NCBI GenBank assembly: GCA_965233585.1 | Contig: CBDDTI010000592.1 | Location: forward strand, 1 to 15,622 | Length of the DNA stretch: 15,622 bases | Reading direction: 5' to 3' | From: a bacterium | GTDB taxonomy: Bacteria; SAR324; NAC60-12 | In this document: positions 9,715 through 15,622 of the stretch, piece after piece | How the letters are laid out: each line of letters starts with the position of its first letter | Numbering within the stretch: position 1 is the first letter of the stretch | Notes under the pieces: generated by a model | Told to the model about the DNA's origin: nothing | The model's database searches: none | What the model saw: the letters and a program-made list of their open reading frames with translations, nothing else | Made by a program: the position numbers and the translations under genes

Positions 9715-10741
9715 TTATACGGGAGTAGACAAATTTAGCCTGGCAGAAAGAGAAGGGTCAACGGCTGTTGAAGAATCCGTCGCAGGTTCCGTCCGAGGTA
9801 TGTTGAATAACGGAGGAATCATGCTCGAAAAGTACGGCCGTCTATGATAAACCTGAAAAATAATTTATATATAATAAGCGATTTAAAAATAATAATAAAT
9901 TTCTTACCGTATACTCCGTGTTGGTTGCTTTATCTACTTTTTCGGGAATTGGCAAAAAAGTAGTTGCATCGGACGGCAACGCCGATGCGGTTGACTCTAA
10001 CGGCAAAATTTCAACACTCGATTCTTCCACAACCTCGTCGTTTGTCGATGGATCCGCAGCAGCCTCTATTTGAATCATTTCAATAGGCTAAAAAAAAAAA
10101 TAAAGTAGACAAAATATTTTATAAAATGCAATAATCATACTTCGACGTTAGACGGGTCTTGGTGGTGATGGCTCAGTCTTCTTAATTTATACATTATTAT
10201 GGCGAACGTTACAAAAATGAAGACGAACACAGTTCCAACAAATATTTTGAAGACATCTGAAAATAATAAGGCATTTGTATTAAAATGTTGACTTGTAAGA
10301 AAATAATCAATACTTACTGTCAAAGGTTGCGGAGTCGAAACCCGCGAAGGAAAAAATACTATGTATTGTTGATACATTAGGCGAAGCGGAAAAGACCGGT
10401 GGATTAGAAGTGGTGGCAGAACCGGTGCTTGTTTCCAACACAGGCGCGGGTGAAGTGACAATCGTGGTTGAGAGAGTAGAGCTTGTCAAAGTGGTAGCAA
10501 CGGTAGTGGGCGGGACGGTGGTAGTGCTGGTAGAAGTCGTGGTACTTGAAGTGGAAGAAGCCGTTGTGGTGGTTGGAGCAAAGTCAGTTGTTGGCACGAT
10601 GGTTGTTTCAGAAGAAGAATTGGAAGATGCAACAATTTTGGCGAGGAGATTTTTTAGTAGAGTGATGTCTTCCTCGCATGAAATTTTTTGTGCCAAATAA
10701 AAGGCCCAAATGGCGAAGACGATGATGATGTTAAAGTTCAT
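9715..10741 (-). CDS. Type I membrane mucin-like glycoprotein; 4 exons: 10741-10318, 10256-10141, 10087-9908, 9852-9715 (285 aa)
   Basis: Signal peptide MNFNIIIVFAIWAFYLAQKISC, a Thr/Ser/Pro-rich ectodomain, and TM segment IFVGTVFVFIFVTFAIIMY followed by KLRR. Introns 10317-10257, 10140-10088 and 9907-9853 are all GT-AG and in phase. Confidence 0.82.
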
Positions 10742-11053
10742 TATGGCGGAATTGGAAATTTACTTTAAAGTTTGAAATGTCCAAAAATTGAAAATGAAGT
10801 GAAGTTTTTAAATCGCAAACTTGAAATTATTTATTTTCTATAATAAAGCGGGCGGTCAAACACGCGAACATATGTACATTTATTATAAATAAAGTTAGAA
10901 GTTTATGTCAAAATTAAATAAAAAAGCACTTTTTTATACAATAAAATGCTTTGAAAAGATTCTTTATGAAGAAAACTTCGCAAAGGGAGGGTTGAGCGAA
11001 ATTTACGCAAAGGAACGAGAAAACTCACGCTGAGAAAGTAAAACACACCGCGC

Positions 11054-11308
11054 TTACAACACATTTGTATTTTGAGGGATAGAAAAATCTACAGTTTTGT
11101 TGTTAACATTTATATTCTTCCATAATTTGTATTCATGTTCAAATAAAGCGTATAGACCGAGCAGCATTAAAAAAGACCAAAGAAAAACTAAAAGCCAAGG
11201 GGAAATAGTGTCTTTTACAAAATAAATATATTTAAAAGGATCTTCTCCATCTCTGTTTCTTCGGACACAATTACGGCGATTGGCGGGAGGCGAGTCGTGG
11301 CTCCACAT
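11054..11308 (-). CDS. Hypothetical small single-pass membrane protein (84 aa)
   Basis: ATG ORF with hydrophobic segment PWLLVFLWSFLMLLGLYALF; no recognised homology. Confidence 0.4.
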   Translation of the reverse strand: MWSHDSPPANRRNCVRRNRDGEDPFKYIYFVKDTISPWLLVFLWSFLMLLGLYALFEHEYKLWKNINVNNKTVDFSIPQNTNVL

Positions 11309-11615
11309 AATTCAAAAAGTTGTTGTTTTTCGAACAAAACGTTTTAGACAAAAACTTGATGGTTACTTTTTTATAATAATGGTACACTCGTAATTCTTTT
11401 TGAATGGCAAAAATGATTTTCGCGCGTGTTTCGGAATCATATGTTGGAATATAAAAGAAACACGTGCGGTCCTTAACGTTTTTACGATACGCAAATATTC
11501 GTTGATCCAACGACTTTAGGATTTTGTTGATTCTGTTGAGAAGAATTGAGATATTTCGCAACAAAGCGTGGGAATTCTTTAAATGTCGATACGTGAGATT
11601 GTTGTTGTTGACCAT
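11271..11615 (-). CDS. Hypothetical basic protein (114 aa)
   Basis: ATG ORF in AT-rich DNA with an amphipathic helix pattern (LLRNISILLNRINKILKSLDQRI); no recognised homology. Confidence 0.45.
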   Translation of the reverse strand: MVNNNNLTYRHLKNSHALLRNISILLNRINKILKSLDQRIFAYRKNVKDRTCFFYIPTYDSETRAKIIFAIQKELRVYHYYKKVTIKFLSKTFCSKNNNFLNYVEPRLASRQSP

Positions 11616-12013
11616 GAAGTTGCAGCAAATGTTTATAGAAAGACGTGTGATGTATTACTAAAATAGTTTATGACATAAAAATAATAAATTTAAAATTAAG
11701 CGCGCTCTTTTATTTTAAAATTAAGGATAATAGTCTGCTACTTAAAAATTAGACACAGCGGCAGAAAAATCATCCATAAAATCAAAATAAAAACAAACGT
11801 GATTTTTTCTGTTAATAAATAATTGCGACATTTAGTTGGGTTGAGAATCTTTTCGTAAACACTGATAAACAATAACTGTTGAAAAGTTGAACATGTATGT
11901 ATTTTTGATAAAATTATCGAGCGGAAATTATTGTTTAAGACAATAGTTTTGGCGCGAGTTATGATTTGTTGATGCAAAACGGGTTGCGCTTTAATTTGTG
12001 TTTGTTTTGGAGA

Positions 12014-12506
12014 ACGGAAATTTAAACATTGTCGTTCTCAGAACCTTTCTTCGCGCCCCCGAACTGATTCAAGACGTGGAAAGTGGAAAAAATTGAGATT
12101 GCAAACGGCTTGCAACAGGCTCAATCGAGCCTGTAATCGGCTTGCAACAGGCCGATTGCAGACGAAAACAAGCCGATTACAGGCTCGATTGAGCCTGTTG
12201 CAAGCCGATTGCAGACGAAAACAAGCCGATTGCAGGCTCGATTGAGCCTGTTGCAAGCCGATTGCAGACGAAAACAAGCCGATTACAGGCTCGATTGAGG
12301 TTGTTGCAAGCCGATTGCAGACGAAAACAAGCCGATTGCAGGCTCGATTGAGGTTGTTGCAAGCCGATTGCAGACGAAAACAAGCCGGTTGCAGACGATT
12401 ACAAGCCGATTTCAGGTTGAAACAACCTTAATGTAGATGCCATCAAGGTGATTTTAGAGCGTAACAAGCTCGAATGAGAGTGATGTAGGGACATTACTCC
12501 ACAACA
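12014..12506. repeat. Palindrome-rich repeat, copy A, including four tandem 53-nt units (12169-12380)
   Basis: Unit CAAGCCGATTRCAGGCTCGATTGAG(CC/GT)TGTTGCAAGCCGATTGCAGACGAAAA, with an inverted partial unit at about 12110-12144. Flanks are shared with copy B. Confidence 0.9.
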
Positions 12507-12520
12507 CAGAACGTTTATAG

Positions 12521-13408
12521 GATGAGGAGTTATTACGGAAAAAGCCAATTCTAAATCTAAATTTCCGTAATTTTCTGGATGCACGTGGAACGAATTACAT
12601 TGATCCGGCGTTAAATCGGCCGCTAGAAAAATTCTTCCGTTTAAATATTCTTCATACGTTAAGCCAATGGATTGATTGCCGTGCGAAATGCTTGTACTGT
12701 CAAAACGCGAAAATTGCCCCGATGGATATTTCTTTTCCCGACAGCATATGCAGCATTCCAGAATCGATCGCTAATGACCCGATCATTATAAAACTGATTA
12801 AAAACCAAAACCAATTGGAAGAGCACAAATTGAAAATACCCAAAAATTATTTTTGTGACTCTAACGATTTAACAATTGCAATGAACCGACTGTTGTCGGA
12901 ACAACTTAGGGAAGTACTATATTTTGACAACATCAACGGATTTTTAAGAATTACGGCTAAAACTGATCAAAGTTTTTTAATAGGATTTCCAAAAAGCCTC
13001 TGTCCGATTTTAGGAATGTACGATTATCCGGAGGGAGAAGCATTAAGAACTTTTAAAGCAGATAATCACCATATGTTTGTCATGAAGAAAGACTCGCTTT
13101 ATGAAGCACCACAACCGATAGACATTTACAAACTATATCCCGGTGTTATGATTTGTTATGCCAATTTTGTTCAGCGTTCTATTGTCGGAGACAAATTTTA
13201 TCCAATACTTAGAATTATTCCCACAATCGGTCAATCAAAACAAAATGACTACTGCTCTATCCATTTCAAGCACTTAGAATTTATAAAATGCAACGTCGAT
13301 TATTTAGACAACATGAAGATCGAATTGAGGAGATTGGACGGAGACTTGATTGAATTCGACGACAAAAAAAGAGTAGTTTTAAATATTGTAATTAAAAATC
13401 CAATTTAA
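12521..13408 (+). CDS. Minor capsid protein (penton, single jelly-roll), 5' end missing or on an unlocated exon
   Basis: MICYANFVQRSIVGDKFYPILRIIP...IHFKHLEFIKC...MKIELRRLDGDLIEF...VVLNIVIK matches the Polinton penton C-terminal signature. The frame is open back to 12521, just after TTTATAG. AATAAA at about 13419. Confidence 0.82.
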   Translation, partial: DEELLRKKPILNLNFRNFLDARGTNYIDPALNRPLEKFFRLNILHTLSQWIDCRAKCLYCQNAKIAPMDISFPDSICSIPESIANDPIIIKLIKNQNQLEEHKLKIPKNYFCDSNDLTIAMNRLLSEQLREVLYFDNINGFLRITAKTDQSFLIGFPKSLCPILGMYDYPEGEALRTFKADNHHMFVMKKDSLYEAPQPIDIYKLYPGVMICYANFVQRSIVGDKFYPILRIIPTIGQSKQNDYCSIHFKHLEFIKCNVDYLDNMKIELRRLDGDLIEFDDKKRVVLNIVIKNPI

Positions 13409-13755
13409 ATTGTATTTTAATAAAAGGATTCATTTAAAGACAACGAATTATTGGTAAAATTTACTAAAGAAATATCTGAAGTACGATTTACAAGGCTAAT
13501 CGCTTTCAGCATGTTATAAGTTAACCCGGAAGCTAACCAAAGAATAACGTAAATACAAATAACAAGAGAAACGGCCATTCCAAAATAACTACAGAAAGTA
13601 TTACATGGGTCGGGATAAAGACTGTAGGGGCTGGGAGATTACAAATCCTGGTGGAATTGTTCCAGGTCCGATTCTTCAAAACGGGATATTGGCTCTAAAG
13701 GTTGATGCGTTTTTGGCTTCATGTCCGGCCAAACATTGTTGTTCATACTTCTTCT

Positions 13756-14148
13756 TCAAAAACTGTATGTTGTTCCACACAAAAATCTTTGAACAACAAT
13801 TTCATGCAAAAAAAACGCATAAAAATGAAACACTTTTAGTTCATTTTGGATTTCACGATGCCACCACAACCTGGTGTCTGAGTCGCCAGAGATATTAGGT
13901 TTTCCCAGAAGTTTGTCTTTGAGGCAGGTCCTGTAGTTTACCAATTCACTATCCAATGATTCCAAAGACTCGTTGATTCTGCGAAGATGAGCAGAAATGC
14001 GACGCATACAATGCGCAACGTGGGTTGGATTTGAAGTATTGTAAATACCGGCTTCGTCAGGACCAGAATCCCAGTCAGAATTATGCGGCGATCCTGTTGT
14101 TGGTTGGTTGTTGACTTGTCCACCCATGCTGCACGACTGAAACAACAT
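13756..14148 (-). CDS. Hypothetical protein (130 aa) with a short coiled-coil-like segment
   Basis: ATG ORF containing MRRISAHLRRINESLESLDSELVNY; 3' end uncertain; no recognised homology. Confidence 0.45.
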   Translation of the reverse strand: MLFQSCSMGGQVNNQPTTGSPHNSDWDSGPDEAGIYNTSNPTHVAHCMRRISAHLRRINESLESLDSELVNYRTCLKDKLLGKPNISGDSDTRLWWHREIQNELKVFHFYAFFLHEIVVQRFLCGTTYSF

Positions 14149-14207
14149 TTAGCATAGACACAACTAATAAATAAAAGCATGCTCGGCAAATATTTGGGCG
14201 AGTCAGT

Positions 14208-14679
14208 GCTCACAATTTAATGGCATTTGAGCAAATCCAAATAAAATGAAAAAATTTTGGATTTAAACAAGAGCCAAAAAAGTATGAGGAACGAATGTTA
14301 CCATTTTCAAATCGAAGGTAGTTGCTCACAATTTTATAACTTTTATGTGGATTCAAATATTGAAATTGAAAAAATTTGGATCATGCACAAAAGCTAAAAA
14401 AGCATGAGACATTGATGTTGGTGATGATATACGATGAAAATTGACTACAATTTAAGGACGTTTGTATGGAATAATTGCTCACAATTTAATTACCCTTGTG
14501 GCGAGTGTCATATATTAAAACAATATGAAACTTGTACAAGAATAAAAAAAGCATGAGATGATAAGCAGTGTTCGGATTTTTTAAAGTTGAGTAAAAGCTC
14601 ACAATTTAAAGACAAATGTGACAGGTCAAATCAAATTGAAAAAATTTAGACCTTGCAACATTTGCCAAAAAAGTGTGAG
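14208..14679. repeat. Four degenerate ~120-150-nt units
   Basis: GCTCACAATTT at 14208, 14324, 14477 and 14597, each followed 68-72 nt later by AAAAAAGYRTGAG (14276, 14396, 14545, 14667). Confidence 0.75.
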
Positions 14680-14763
14680 AAATAGAGATGTCTTGATATT
14701 GGAAACGATTGAAAACGACTGTGAGTTGTAAAACACCATAGTTTGAATTTTTACGATTGGGAG

Positions 14764-15004
14764 AATTTGCGCAAGTTGGACCGAATGTTACGTTCAGAGG
14801 GAAATTTGCGCAAGTTGGACCGAATGAAAAGTTTTACATTTGAGCGGGTTTGGAACTAAAAGACGGAATTTTAAACAATTTCCGTTCCCAGAACCTTTCT
14901 TTGGGAATTTGCGCAAATTGGACCGAATGAAAAGTTTTACATTTGAGCGGGTTTGGAGCGAAAAGACGGAATTTTTAAACAATTCCCATTCCCAGAACCT
15001 TTCT
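14764..15004. repeat. ~103-nt tandem duplication plus one extra partial copy
   Basis: AATTTGCGCAARTTGGACCGAATG at 14764, 14803 and 14906. The last two continue nearly identically to CAGAACCTTTCTT. Confidence 0.88.
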
Positions 15005-15450
15005 TCGCGCCCCGGAACTGAAAACGAACTTGCAATGGCAAAAAATAGATGTTGCAACAAGCCTGCAACTGGCTTTTTTTCGTCTGCAACCGGCTTGCTT
15101 TCGTCTGCAATCGGCTTGCAACAGGCCGATTACAGGCTCAATCGAGCCTGTTGCAAGCCGATTGCAGACGAAAACAAGCCGGTTGCAGGCCGATTACAGG
15201 CTCGATCGAGCCTGTTGCAAGCCGATTGCAGACGAAGACAAGTCGGTTACAGGCTCGATCGAGCCTGCAACAGGCTCAATGTAGATGCCATCAAGATGGT
15301 TTGAGAGCTCTTCACGATGGTTTTCATGCGTAAACGGGGGGGTTGAAAGCCCGTTTCAGCCTGTTTTAAGGTGTTTTGAGAACGTTTTGAGAAGAAATGT
15401 GCCTACATCGGGCTCGAAAGAGCCTGATGTAGGTACATATCTCTACAACA
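14966..15450. repeat. Palindrome-rich repeat, copy B (direct orientation relative to copy A)
   Basis: Shares CAGAACCTTTCTTCGCGCCCC, the CAAGCCGATTGCAGACGAA units, AATGTAGATGCCATCAAG and TGATGTAGG.ACAT with 12014-12506. Confidence 0.88.
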
Positions 15451-15622
15451 AGTGTGCTACACACCCAAACATTGATTGCAGATCTTTAGGTAGGACTATT
15501 TTTTCCGGTGGACTATCTGAGTGACATAACACATAGAGAATTTAGATTATTCCTTCTGTCCTCCCTCTTTTGAATTAAATTCTTAGCTAGTGAGAGGGGT
15601 AATGTTTCACCTTTCTTGAAGG

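Noticed and set aside
11738..11977. 79-aa minus-strand ORF
   Set aside because: TTG start, AT-rich low-information sequence and no recognisable motif.
12038..12383. ORFs 12038-12277 and 12177-12383 (likewise 14840-15333) as proteins
   Set aside because: They are translations of the palindromic repeat that stay open in several frames on both strands.
12100..12400. CRISPR array
   Set aside because: The units are contiguous tandem repeats with no unique spacers, there are no cas genes, and the context is eukaryotic and intron-containing.
14208..14607. lac operator half-sites (AATTGTGAGC on the minus strand) suggesting vector contamination
   Set aside because: Only the 10-nt half matches, with no GGATAACAATT or other vector sequence. 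The motif is part of a native degenerate repeat.
15411..15432. Hammerhead ribozyme (CTGATG and GAAA)
   Set aside because: The core reads CTGATGT rather than CUGANGA, it is sequestered in the stem, and the three-stem topology is absent.
15570..15592. Helitron 3' end (CTAG followed by T)
   Set aside because: No GC-rich subterminal hairpin at the expected distance, and no matching 5' end identified.
14700..15622. Polinton terminal inverted repeat or element end
   Set aside because: No (AG)n/(AGT)n-type terminus is recognisable, and the opposite end is not in the window to test for inversion or a target-site duplication.

Overview
Eukaryotic, mostly AT-rich DNA containing part of an intron-rich Polinton/Maverick (adintovirus-like) element. 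The minus strand carries an RG-rich ORF, a stand-alone C2H2/GSGW terminal-protein-like ORF, a protein-primed DNA polymerase B that I reconstruct by hand as 6 exons (1112 aa; five GT-AG introns, each restoring a conserved motif), an A32-like packaging ATPase and a small frameshifted '-QxGG-' virion protein. The largest polymerase intron (1970-3108) holds a GC-rich antisense repeat gene. Further right are a spliced Lys/acidic protein with a PC4-like C-terminus, a spliced type I membrane mucin-like protein, small ORFs, and a minor capsid (penton) gene lacking its 5' end. The penton lies between two direct copies of a palindrome-rich repeat. The most notable inference is an adenovirus-like replication module: the terminal protein is split from the polymerase, the vOTU catalytic Cys appears lost, and there is a candidate shared spliced leader. 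No integrase, major capsid, maturation protease or terminal inverted repeat is visible. All family assignments come from reading motifs by eye, not from database searches.
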